From an uncultured Eggerthellaceae bacterium (lineage in GTDB: Bacteria > Actinomycetota > Coriobacteriia > Coriobacteriales > Eggerthellaceae), in the NCBI GenBank assembly GCA_905234785.1, contig CAJOIP010000017.1, positions 24,494-88,493 of the forward strand: a DNA stretch of 64,000 nt. The letters are read 5' to 3'. Each line of letters starts with the position of its first letter. The first letter of the stretch is position 1. Of the stretch, positions 26,366 through 35,139 are shown piece after piece. The translations under genes and the position numbers were made by a program. Under the pieces are notes generated by a model. That model was given only the letters and a program-made list of their open reading frames with translations, was not told the DNA's origin and searched no databases.

Positions 26366-29026
26366 CTACCGCGAAGCGCAAGCCACGACCGCTTGCCCGT
26401 AGGAAACGCACCCATCGTTCGGTGGCAGGCTGGCGTTGAGCGCAACCGTGAACCCGGCCTGGCCCAACTGCGCCGTGGACTTTTCGACGAGGTAGCGGTT
26501 CATGAAGCAGCCGCCCGACAGCGCCACGAGGCTGATGTCGTACATCGCGCGCGCCAGTTCCGCGATCTGCGCGATGGCTCCCACGATGGCATCGTGGAAC
26601 CGCTGCGCGATTTCGGGAACGGGCACGCCGGCGGCCAGGTCGTCGAGCACCGCGCGGATGGTCGGCTCGGCGTCGAGCAGCACCACCGACGTGTCGTGCG
26701 CCGTGCTGGAATCGGTCGCCGCGTTCTTGGTGATGGAAATGGCGTAACGACGTTCCGTTTCCTGGTCGGAGTTTTCCGAGTTGGCGGGCAGAGCCCGAGA
26801 TCCTTCGACTTCGGCGGCTATGCCGCCTTCGCTCAGAATGACATCATGGGGATGCTGGGCGCTTCGGGCGGCATCGAGCAGGATGGCGGGCTCGCCTTCG
26901 TAGGTGGGCTCGGTGCAAATGCCGAGCAAGGCGGAAACGGCGTCGAACAGGCGCCCGACCGACGAGGTGTAAGGCGTGTTCAGGCCGCTTTCGATCATCT
27001 GCTCGCAGATAGCCGCTTGCGCCCCGAGGGCTTCGATGGCAGGCTTCGCGCCGGGATGGTCGAGCAGGTCGAACGCCCAGAGCATGCCGTACGCCATGCG
27101 CAGGGGGTGCTTCACAGCCGCGGCACCGCCCGGCAGTGGAAGGTACGTGAAGTTGGCGAAGCGCTCGTAGTCGGCCTGGTTGGCCAGCAGCACTTCCCCG
27201 CCCCATATGGCGCCATCGGCACCGTAGCCGGTGCCGTCGAAGGCGATGCCGATAGCGGGGCCGAACAGGCCATGCTCGCCGAGCACCGACGCGATGTGCG
27301 CGTGGTGGTGCTGGACCTGCACAAGCGGAAGGCCGGTTTTGCGGACCTCGTCGTGCGCCCATTTCGACGCGAGGTATTCGGGATGCATGTCGCACGCGAG
27401 CATGGTCGGCGTTAGGTCGAACAGCTCCTCGAAACGCGCCTTCGACTCGAGCCAGGCGTCGTACACGTCGGCATCTTCCATGTCGCCGATGTGTTGTGAA
27501 ACGAACGCCTGACCGTCGCATGCGTACGTGAACGTGTTCTTCTGTTCGGGGCCAGCAGCAAAAACGCACGCACGCTGGGACATGCCGCCTGCGGCGGCGG
27601 GCGCAGAGGTCTGCGCCCCTACGGAATCGGCCTGCAACTCACCAGGAGCATGCGCGATAGATCTCGCCCCTACGGATTCAACCTGCGGGATAGTTATGGG
27701 CACAGGGGCGTAACCGCGGGCGCGGCGGATGAACTGGGTTGCGACGTTCGGCTCGCCATAGGCGTCGACGCCGCCGAGGTTCAGCACGCGGATGACCGAG
27801 TCGTCGTAGCGCGACAGGATGGGTCGGTTGTTGCCGAGCACCGCGTCGGCAATGCCCGCAAGCTTCTCGCACGCTTCGCCATCGTCGACGACGATGGGTT
27901 CGTCGTGCACGTTGCCCGACGTCATGACGAGCATGTTCTTGCCCGTAGCCTCTTCGAAGTCGTGAACGAGCAGCGCCTGCACGGGCGTCGCCGGCAGCAT
28001 GACGCCCAATTCGGGCAATGCGTCTGCCAAGCCGTCTGCCAGCGGCGCATCGGCGCGCTTGCGCAGCAGCACGATGGGGCGGGCCGCCGATTCCAACTGC
28101 CCCGCCTCGGCAGCCGAGACCTCGCACCACGCGCGCGCTGCCGCAACGTCGGGAACCATCACCGCCAGCGCCTTGCCGTCGCGCCGCTTGCGCCGGCGCA
28201 GCTCGGCGATGGCTTGGGCGTTACCCGCGTCGCACACCAGATGGAAGCCGCCCAAGCCTTTAACAGCCAGGATGCCGCCTTCGGCGAGCAAGGCAACGGC
28301 GGCGGCAAACACGGAATCGGACCAATCGCGCAGGTTGGCCGTAGGGGCGCTCTCCGAGCGCCCGGCGCCACTTGCGGCGCAAGTTGAGGGTTTCGAATCG
28401 GCCGGCGTTGCAACCTCGTTTTCGTTCGCTTCGCTCACCGGGCGCACGGTGTGCGCCCCTACGGGACCACCTGCACGTTCGCTCAGCGGCTTCCAGCTTA
28501 TTTGGGGGCCGCAGACGAAGCAGGCGTCGGGTTGGGCGTGGAAGCGGCGATCGGCTGGGTCGGCGTACTCGCGCGCGCAATCGTCGCACATCTTGAACGG
28601 CGCCATGGAAGTTGCGGGCCGGTCGTACGGCAGCGAGTCGATGATGGTGAACCGCGGGCCGCAGTTCGTGCAGTTGATGAACGGGTAGCGGTAGCGCCGG
28701 TCGGCGGGGTCGAGCAGCTCGCGCAGGCAATCGTCGCAGATGCCCAGGTCGGCCGACACGAGCGTGCCTTCGTCGGCATCGTCCATCTGCGATTCGCGAA
28801 TCTCGAACTTCTCGCAGTCCTGCAGCGGCACTTCCGTAAGCTCGACTTCGCGCACGACCGCCGCGGCTGGCGGGTTCATGTGAAGCTCGGTGACGAACTC
28901 GTCGAGAAGCTTGCCTTCGCCCTCCGCGTGAATGAGCACGCCGTCGAGGTCGTTCAGGACCCAGCCGTTGATGATGTAGTGCCGCGCAAGCCGGTACACG
29001 AAGGGGCGGAAACCCACCCCTTGCAC
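26366..29026 (-). CDS. hypF: Carbamoyltransferase HypF; the true start is probably a few codons upstream of the track start
   Basis: Acylphosphatase motif VQGVGFRPFVYRLA, two Zn-finger CxxC pairs (CDDCLREL..CTNCGPRF; CDDCAREY..CFVCGP), a YrdC-like region (GGILAVKGLGGFHLVCDA) and a Kae1-like C-terminus. The track start at 29026 is GTG inside the conserved IVQGVGFRP. The in-frame upstream sequence reads ..HIIEALDIRVRGI. Confidence 0.9.
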   Translation of the reverse strand: MQGVGFRPFVYRLARHYIINGWVLNDLDGVLIHAEGEGKLLDEFVTELHMNPPAAAVVREVELTEVPLQDCEKFEIRESQMDDADEGTLVSADLGICDDCLRELLDPADRRYRYPFINCTNCGPRFTIIDSLPYDRPATSMAPFKMCDDCAREYADPADRRFHAQPDACFVCGPQISWKPLSERAGGPVGAHTVRPVSEANENEVATPADSKPSTCAASGAGRSESAPTANLRDWSDSVFAAAVALLAEGGILAVKGLGGFHLVCDAGNAQAIAELRRRKRRDGKALAVMVPDVAAARAWCEVSAAEAGQLESAARPIVLLRKRADAPLADGLADALPELGVMLPATPVQALLVHDFEEATGKNMLVMTSGNVHDEPIVVDDGEACEKLAGIADAVLGNNRPILSRYDDSVIRVLNLGGVDAYGEPNVATQFIRRARGYAPVPITIPQVESVGARSIAHAPGELQADSVGAQTSAPAAAGGMSQRACVFAAGPEQKNTFTYACDGQAFVSQHIGDMEDADVYDAWLESKARFEELFDLTPTMLACDMHPEYLASKWAHDEVRKTGLPLVQVQHHHAHIASVLGEHGLFGPAIGIAFDGTGYGADGAIWGGEVLLANQADYERFANFTYLPLPGGAAAVKHPLRMAYGMLWAFDLLDHPGAKPAIEALGAQAAICEQMIESGLNTPYTSSVGRLFDAVSALLGICTEPTYEGEPAILLDAARSAQHPHDVILSEGGIAAEVEGSRALPANSENSDQETERRYAISITKNAATDSSTAHDTSVVLLDAEPTIRAVLDDLAAGVPVPEIAQRFHDAIVGAIAQIAELARAMYDISLVALSGGCFMNRYLVEKSTAQLGQAGFTVALNASLPPNDGCVSYGQAVVACASR
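26786..26842. repeat. Family A repeat inside the hypF coding sequence
   Basis: gggcagagcccgagatccttcgacttcggcggctatgccgccttcgctcagaatgac, translated in frame as ..DVILSEGGIAAEVEGSRALPA.. Confidence 0.8.
27599..27675. repeat. Family B repeat units inside the hypF coding sequence
   Basis: gggcgcagaggtctgcgcccctacgg and gcgcgatagatctcgcccctacgg, translated as ..VESVGARSIAHAPGELQADSVGAQTSAPAAAGG.. Confidence 0.8.
28341..28462. repeat. Family B repeat arms inside the hypF coding sequence
   Basis: gtaggggcgctctccgagcgcccg (28341-28364) and cgggcgcacggtgtgcgcccctac (28439-28462), translated as ..VGAHTVRPVSEANE..SGAGRSESAPTANL.. Confidence 0.8.
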
Positions 29027-29084
29027 GATGCCGCGAACCCGTATGTCAAGCGCCTCTATGATGTGCGCGTTCCTTTCTCGTTGT

Positions 29085-29145
29085 CCGCTTCGCGGAGATC
29101 CCTCGCCTTCGGCTCGGGATGACAGAGGGGAAGGCTCGGGATGAT
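29085..29145. repeat. Family A repeat (one full and one partial unit)
   Basis: ccgcttcgcggagatccctcgccttcggctcgggatgac then ggctcgggatgat, between pgi and hypF. Confidence 0.7.
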
Positions 29146-29201
29146 GGGTCGATGGCCCATGATGGTAGGGGGACGACCTATGATGACAGAGGGCATATGC
29201 A

Positions 29202-30878
29202 TCACAGGCCGGTGAGGACTTCGGAGACGAGGAATGCGAAGCGCTGCAGCGTGACGGTGGAATTGTCGGGCAGGTGCAGGTGCAGGCAGCGGCGCCCGCG
29301 CTCTGCGAGAATCATGAAGTCGCCCGTGGCCTGGGCTTTCGAAAGCTGGCCGAGGCTTTTCGCCGGCACGCCTTCAAGCTCGATATCCTTCGGCTCGCCC
29401 GACGAGATGAGCAGGTACACGCCGTTGTTCGCGCCGCCCTTCTGCAGCTGGCCGGTCGAGTGCATGTAGCGCGGGCCGATTTCGAGGCACGACATGACCT
29501 TGCAGGCGTCGGCCACTTCGCGGCGGATGCGGCCGAGCGCCTCGCGGCGCGTGTAGCCGTCGAACGGCAAAAACGCGTTCATGGCGAAGTAGTTGCCCGG
29601 CTCGATGGAAGCGAACAGGCTGTACAGCGCCGCACGCACGTCCGACGCGCTCTTGCAGCATTCCGATGTGCGGACCTCGATGGCGCCGATGTCGGTCGAG
29701 CGCTCGTCGATGAAGCTGGGTTCGGGCAGGCCGGCATCGAGCAGTTCGAGCACGCGCGCCTTCACCGAGGCAACGTCGGGCTGGTCGAAGGGGCTGACCT
29801 GCATGAGGTAGCCGAGCATGGCCGTGGCGTATTCCCACATGACGAAGTGGTAGCCCAAGTCTTCCACGCCGCCGACGGTGAAATCGAGGCGCGGCGTTGC
29901 GGGGTCGATGCACGCCTGGCAGCGCTCGAAGTCGTCCGCGTCGTCCCATACGCCCGTGGTGGTGTGATACGTCACGACCGCGCGGTCGCCGCGGTCCTCG
30001 GCAAGCAGCAACGGGCTGGTCTCGAGCTGCGGAAGCACGCCCACGCCGTTCTTGCCCACGCTCTCGGCGACGAGCTGTTCGATCCACAGGCCCAGCGCGC
30101 GCAGCCGCTTCTGCGTGAAGAACGAGAACTTGTCGCGGTGGTCGCGCCAATTGGCGTACAAAAACGCCGCCAGCTGAATCGCCGGGTTGGCTTCGGAATC
30201 TTCGCTGCAGTCGCGCTCGGCCTTCAGGCCCTGGGCCAGAAGCGCGTCGATGTCGATGCCAGCTACCGCAGCCGGGAACAGGCCGAACACGGAAAGCGCC
30301 GAGAAGCGGCCGCCCACGGTGGGCTCGCCGGACAAGATGCCACCCCAGTTCTCTTCCCGCGCCTGGGCTTCGAGCGCAGAACCCGGGTCGGTGATCGCCA
30401 CGAAGTGACGGCACAGCTCGTCTTTGGGCAGCGCTTCGGCGAACGCCGTGCGGATGGCGCAGAACAGCGAGCGCATTTCCAGCGTGCCGCCGCTCTTCGA
30501 CGACACGATGACGAGCGTCGTGCGCGGGTCGACTTCCGCCAGCATCTTGCGCACGCGCACTGGCGAATCGGAATCGGCCACGCGGAATTTGATGTCGGAA
30601 TTGGCCTTGTTGTACTTCGTCATGGTCATGGCGGCCTGCGTGGAACCGCCTTGGCCGATGAGGATGGCGCTCTTCATGCCGGCTTCGGCGAACTTGGCGG
30701 CCAGCTGCTTTATCTCGCCGAGCGGGCACGGCGGGTTGCTGGGCAGGTTCGCCCACCCCATGAAGTTCTCGGAGCATTCGCGCGCCTCGTCGGAAAACGA
30801 GTACAGCGTGGCATCCTTCGCGTTCACGCGGCTGGCGACGCGTTCGTCGACGAGCCTTTCGATGGTTGCGTCTCGCAT
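29202..30878 (-). CDS. pgi: Glucose-6-phosphate isomerase (PGI family)
   Basis: PGI signature ..EPTVGGRFSALSVFGLFPAA.. and SIS-type ..LVIVSSKSGGTLE... RBS GAGGAGGGGG. Confidence 0.8.
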   Translation of the reverse strand: MRDATIERLVDERVASRVNAKDATLYSFSDEARECSENFMGWANLPSNPPCPLGEIKQLAAKFAEAGMKSAILIGQGGSTQAAMTMTKYNKANSDIKFRVADSDSPVRVRKMLAEVDPRTTLVIVSSKSGGTLEMRSLFCAIRTAFAEALPKDELCRHFVAITDPGSALEAQAREENWGGILSGEPTVGGRFSALSVFGLFPAAVAGIDIDALLAQGLKAERDCSEDSEANPAIQLAAFLYANWRDHRDKFSFFTQKRLRALGLWIEQLVAESVGKNGVGVLPQLETSPLLLAEDRGDRAVVTYHTTTGVWDDADDFERCQACIDPATPRLDFTVGGVEDLGYHFVMWEYATAMLGYLMQVSPFDQPDVASVKARVLELLDAGLPEPSFIDERSTDIGAIEVRTSECCKSASDVRAALYSLFASIEPGNYFAMNAFLPFDGYTRREALGRIRREVADACKVMSCLEIGPRYMHSTGQLQKGGANNGVYLLISSGEPKDIELEGVPAKSLGQLSKAQATGDFMILAERGRRCLHLHLPDNSTVTLQRFAFLVSEVLTGL

Positions 30879-30890
30879 AACATCCCCCTC

Positions 30891-32042
30891 CTAAACAAGT
30901 GCGGCAGCCAATTCGCGCACGGCGGCGCGGGATTCGTCCGAAAGCGCGCTCTTAATCGTGACGACGGGCTCAACGAACTCGATGCCCTTGCATGCTTCCA
31001 TCTTAGCGCGCATCGCCTTGGCGGCCGTCGGCGCCCACGAGCCGTTTTCCATGAACGCCACGCGGCGGTTCTGGTAGGCATGGTCGGCAAGATGGTCGAT
31101 GAACGTCTTCATGAACGGGAACATGTCGGCGTTGTACGTGGTGCTGACCAGCACGAGCGTGCCGTAGCGGAACGCGTCTTCCACCGCCTCGGCCATGTCG
31201 TCGCGCGCCAAGTCGGAAACGGCAACCTTCGGGCAGCCCGCAGCCTCGAGCTCGTGCGCGAGCAGCTCAACCGCTTCCTTGGTGTGGCCGTACACCGAGC
31301 AGTACGCGATGGCCACGCCCTCGGTTTCAACCTCGTAGGCCGACCATGTCTTGTACAGGCCCAGGTAGTAGCTAAGGTTTTCGGCCAGCACGGGGCCATG
31401 CAGCGGGCAGATGGCTTGGATGTCGAGCGCCGCAGCCTTGGCCAGCACGCCCTGCACCTGCTTGCCGAACTTGCCGACGATGCCGAAGTAGTAGCGACGG
31501 GCCTCGCACGCCCAGTCCTCTTCCACATCGAGCGCGCCGAACTTGCCGAACGCATCGGCCGAGAACAGCACCTTGTCGGCTTCGTCGTACGTGAACATGA
31601 CCTCGGGCCAGTGCACCATGGGCGCTGCAATGAAGCGCAGCGTGCGGCCGCCGAGGGAAAGCTCGTCGCCGTCTTTCACGACGATGCGGCGATCCTCGTA
31701 GGTTTCGCCGTAGAAGTTCGCCAGCATGTCGAACGCCTTGGCTGTGGCAACCACCTGCGCGTTCGGATATGAGCTCATGAAGCGCGTGATGTTGGCGGAA
31801 TGGTCGGGTTCCATGTGCTGCACGACAAGGTAATCGGGCGCTGCGCCGTCGAGCGCTGCGGCCAGGTTGCCGAGCCATTCGCTTCCGAAGTTGGCGTCGA
31901 CCGTGTCCATGACGGCGACCTTCTCGTCGCGGATGACGTACGAGTTGTAGGCCATGCCGTTGGGCACGTCGTACTGCCCCTCGAACAGGTCGAGCTCGTG
32001 GTCGTTCACGCCGATGTAGGCGATGGAATCAGTGACGTTCAT
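30891..32042 (-). CDS. Flavodiiron protein (FprA-type O2/NO reductase: metallo-beta-lactamase + flavodoxin domains)
   Basis: ..YNSYVIRDEKVAVMDTV.., the di-iron motif VVQHMEPDHSA and ..HWPEVMFTYDE... The C-terminal flavodoxin-like region is ..IAYCSVYGHTKE..LVLVSTTYNADMFP. Confidence 0.8.
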   Translation of the reverse strand: MNVTDSIAYIGVNDHELDLFEGQYDVPNGMAYNSYVIRDEKVAVMDTVDANFGSEWLGNLAAALDGAAPDYLVVQHMEPDHSANITRFMSSYPNAQVVATAKAFDMLANFYGETYEDRRIVVKDGDELSLGGRTLRFIAAPMVHWPEVMFTYDEADKVLFSADAFGKFGALDVEEDWACEARRYYFGIVGKFGKQVQGVLAKAAALDIQAICPLHGPVLAENLSYYLGLYKTWSAYEVETEGVAIAYCSVYGHTKEAVELLAHELEAAGCPKVAVSDLARDDMAEAVEDAFRYGTLVLVSTTYNADMFPFMKTFIDHLADHAYQNRRVAFMENGSWAPTAAKAMRAKMEACKGIEFVEPVVTIKSALSDESRAAVRELAAALV

Positions 32043-32111
32043 GATGGTCCTTTCCCAGAACGCTTATGCATGTATGCCACCATTGTACAATCACCAAACC
32101 GCTCGACTGTT

Positions 32112-32215
32112 GTCATCCTGAGCCGAAGGCGAAGGATCTCCGCGAAGCGATAGGCCGAGGCGCTTATCTGCTAGGCGGGCAAAGCCCGAGATCCCTCGCT
32201 TGCGCTCGGGATGAC
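32112..32215. repeat. Family A inverted pair (long hairpin)
   Basis: gtcatcctgagccgaaggcgaaggatctc ... gagatccctcgcttgcgctcgggatgac. Confidence 0.8.
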
Positions 32216-32282
32216 ACAGCCTTGTATCACCCAATTGGCTGGCAATCGACGGCGGGCGCGATGAATCGCGCCCCTGCGAGGG

Positions 32283-33668
32283 TTACTTGTCGCGGTCGGT
32301 GGCGAGGGCTTGCTCTACTTGGGCGAGCTGGACGCGGATGGCCTCGCGGGACGTGCCGCCTTCGGTCGTGCGGGCATCGGCGATGGCCTCCAGGTCGAGC
32401 GCTTCGGTGATGTCGGCTTCGAACAGGTCGCTTTCGGCCTTGAAGTCTTCCAGCGACAGGTCTTCCAAACCGCAGCCGCGCTGGTCGCACAGCAGCACCA
32501 GGTGGCCGACGATTTCATGGGCGCGGCGGAACGGCAGGCCCTTCTTGGCCAGGTAGTCCGCAACATCGGTGGCGCCAAGGTAGCCCTTGGCCACCTGCGC
32601 GCGCATGGCGTCGGCGTTCACGGTCATGGTCTGCAGCATGCCGGTCATGCACGTGTAGCAGTCTTCGAGCGTGCGGGCGGCGTCGATGACGCCTTCCTTG
32701 TCTTCCTGCAGGTCCTTGTTGTAGGCCAGCGGCAACGACTTCAGCGTGACGAGCAGGGCGACCAAGTCACCCACCACGCGGCCGGCCTTGCCGCGGATGA
32801 GCTCCGCGAAATCGGGGTTCTTCTTCTGGGGCATGATCGACGAGCCCGTCGAGAATGCGTCGGACAGCGTGATGAACCCGAACTCCGACGTGGACCACAA
32901 CACGATTTCCTCGGCCAGGCGCGACAGGTGCACGCACGAAACCGTTGCCGCGTAATCGAGGTCGAGCAGGAAATCGCGGTCGGAGACGGCGTCGAGCGAG
33001 TTGGCCGTGACGCCCGAGAAGCCGAGTTCCTCGGCCGTCATGCGACGGTCGAGCGGGTACGTGGTACCGGCGAGGGCCGCAGAGCCCAGCGGGTTCACAT
33101 CGGCCGCCTCGCGAGCAGCTGCCAAGCGCTTGAAGTCGCGCGCAAACATGTGGGCATACGCCAGCAGGTGGTGCGCCAGGAACACCGGCTGGGCGTGCTG
33201 CATGTGCGTGTAGCCCGGCAGCAACACGTCGATGTTGGCCTTCGCCTGATCGACGAGCACCTGGCGCAGCGCCACGTTGGCTTGCATGAGGTCGGTGGCG
33301 CGCTGCTTCGCGAACAGGCGCGTGTCAGTGATGACCTGGTCGTTGCGCGAACGCCCCGTATGCAGGCGCGCACCCGCCTCGCCGATGTCGGCGATGAGCG
33401 CCTTTTCCACGGACATGTGGATGTCCTCGTCGTTGATGTCGAATTCGAATTCGCCCGCGTCGATGCGCGCCTTTATGCGGTCGAGCCCGGCGACGATGGC
33501 GTCGACGTCTTCTTGGCTGATGACGCCCTGGGCGCCGAGCATGCGCGCATGCGCCTTCGAACCTGCGATGTCCTGCGCGTACAGTTGCTTGTCGACGGGC
33601 AGCGACGCGCCGAAGCGCTGCGTGAACTCCGAGACGTTCTCGGTGAATCGACCAGACCACAAGGCCAT
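32283..33668 (-). CDS. argH: Argininosuccinate lyase
   Basis: MALWSGRFTENVSEF.. and the fumarate-lyase signature GSSIMPQKKNPD. The start is moved to ATG 33668 (RBS GGAAAGGAAA). Confidence 0.9.
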   Translation of the reverse strand: MALWSGRFTENVSEFTQRFGASLPVDKQLYAQDIAGSKAHARMLGAQGVISQEDVDAIVAGLDRIKARIDAGEFEFDINDEDIHMSVEKALIADIGEAGARLHTGRSRNDQVITDTRLFAKQRATDLMQANVALRQVLVDQAKANIDVLLPGYTHMQHAQPVFLAHHLLAYAHMFARDFKRLAAAREAADVNPLGSAALAGTTYPLDRRMTAEELGFSGVTANSLDAVSDRDFLLDLDYAATVSCVHLSRLAEEIVLWSTSEFGFITLSDAFSTGSSIMPQKKNPDFAELIRGKAGRVVGDLVALLVTLKSLPLAYNKDLQEDKEGVIDAARTLEDCYTCMTGMLQTMTVNADAMRAQVAKGYLGATDVADYLAKKGLPFRRAHEIVGHLVLLCDQRGCGLEDLSLEDFKAESDLFEADITEALDLEAIADARTTEGGTSREAIRVQLAQVEQALATDRDK

Positions 33669-33700
33669 AGCAGTTTCCTTTCCAACAATTATGCGCTTCG

Positions 33701-33757
33701 CGCATGCGCCCTGCGGGCGCGGGCGCAGAGGTCTGCGCCCGCCGGCGACAGCCGGCA
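33701..33757. repeat. Family B-like GC palindromes upstream of argH
   Basis: gcgcatgcgccctgcgggcgcgggcgcagaggtctgcgcccgccggcgacagccggc. Confidence 0.6.
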
Positions 33758-33792
33758 CTCATAGGGTTCTCGCGACAGCGAGATTGCATACC

Positions 33793-35004
33793 TTACGCGT
33801 TGTCGGCGCGCTTGGCGGCCCAAGTCTTCGCAGACAGGGCGAACAGCTCGATGAAGCCGGCGGACGACTCGTGGTGGAACTGGTCTTCCTTATCGTAGGT
33901 GGCCAGCTCGTAGCTGTACAGCGAGTAATCGGACTTGCGGCCAACGACCGTGCAGGTGCCCTTGTAGAACTTCACGCGCACGACGCCCGTGACCTCGTTT
34001 TGCGTGCTTGCGATGAACGCGTCGAGCGCGGCCTTCAGCGGCGCGAACCACTGGCCGTAATACACGCACTCGGCCCACTTCTGCTCGATGCCGAGCTTGT
34101 AGTGCAGCACTTCGCGCTCCAGGCACATGTCTTCCAGCGCCTTGTGCGCCGTGATGAGCGTGAGCGCCGCCGGCTGCTCGTAGCATTCGCGACTCTTCAC
34201 GCCGACGAGGCGGTTCTCGATCATGTCCAACCGGCCATAGCCGTTGCGGCCGGCGATTTCGTTGAGCTTGTAGATAATGTCGAGGTAGGACATCTTCTCG
34301 CCGTCAAGCGCGCAAGGAATGCCTGCCTCGAACCCGATCTCGACGTATTCGGCCTTGTCGGGAGCGCCCTCGGGCGAGCCGGTCATGGTGTAGATGTCCT
34401 CGGGAGGCTCGTTCCACGGGTCTTCCAGCACGCCGCATTCGATGGCGCGGCCCCACAGGTTGTCGTCGATGGAGTACGGCTTGGCGTTGGTGACGGGCAC
34501 TTCCACGCCATGCTCTGCGGCCCACTCGATTTCCTCGGGGCGCGTCTTGAACGGCCACTCGCGCACGGGCGCGATGATTTCGATGGACGGGTCGAGCAGC
34601 CAGACGCTCGTTTCGAAGCGGACCTGGTCGTTGCCCTTGCCGGTGCAGCCGTGCGCGATGTACTTCGCGCCGTGCTTGTGGGCGATTTCCACGAGGTGCT
34701 TGGAGATGACCGGGCGCGACAGGGCCGACAGCAGCGGGTACTTGTTCTCGTACAGGGCGTTCGCGCGGATGGCGTCGGTGAGGTACTCGTTGACGAATTC
34801 CTCGCGCATGTCGACGACGTACGCCTCGATGGCGCCGGTGCGCAGCGCCTTCTGGCGGATGGCCTCGAGGCCCTCGTGTTCCTGGCCGACTTCGCCGATG
34901 ACGGCGATGACGTCGAGGTTGTGCTCGTCGATGAGCCACTTGATGCAGATGGACGTGTCGAGCCCGCCGGAATATGCGAGCACCACTTTTTCGCGTTCGG
35001 TCAT
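33793..35004 (-). CDS. argG: Argininosuccinate synthase
   Basis: ..VVLAYSGGLDTS.., ..AHGCTGKGNDQVRFE.., ..YSIDDNLWGR.. Confidence 0.9.
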   Translation of the reverse strand: MTEREKVVLAYSGGLDTSICIKWLIDEHNLDVIAVIGEVGQEHEGLEAIRQKALRTGAIEAYVVDMREEFVNEYLTDAIRANALYENKYPLLSALSRPVISKHLVEIAHKHGAKYIAHGCTGKGNDQVRFETSVWLLDPSIEIIAPVREWPFKTRPEEIEWAAEHGVEVPVTNAKPYSIDDNLWGRAIECGVLEDPWNEPPEDIYTMTGSPEGAPDKAEYVEIGFEAGIPCALDGEKMSYLDIIYKLNEIAGRNGYGRLDMIENRLVGVKSRECYEQPAALTLITAHKALEDMCLEREVLHYKLGIEQKWAECVYYGQWFAPLKAALDAFIASTQNEVTGVVRVKFYKGTCTVVGRKSDYSLYSYELATYDKEDQFHHESSAGFIELFALSAKTWAAKRADNA

Positions 35005-35031
35005 TTCTATTGTCCTTTCAACTTCACCGTT

Positions 35032-35110
35032 GTCATCCCGAGCCAGCGAGGGATCTTAAGGCTTAAGCCCGCCGCTTCGCGGAGACCCCTCGCCTACGGC
35101 TCGGGATGAC
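35032..35110. repeat. Family A inverted pair (13-bp perfect arms GTCATCCCGAGCC/GGCTCGGGATGAC)
   Basis: Read directly. It fills the argG-argD gap. Confidence 0.8.
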
Positions 35111-35139
35111 AAGAACGATACTTCGGCTTCCTCGGTATT

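Noticed and set aside
24898-29026. Expectation of hydrogenase structural genes or hypA/B/E next to hypFCD
   Set aside because: None is present in this window. The flanking genes are cydAB and pgi, so nothing can be concluded about the hydrogenase type from this sequence.
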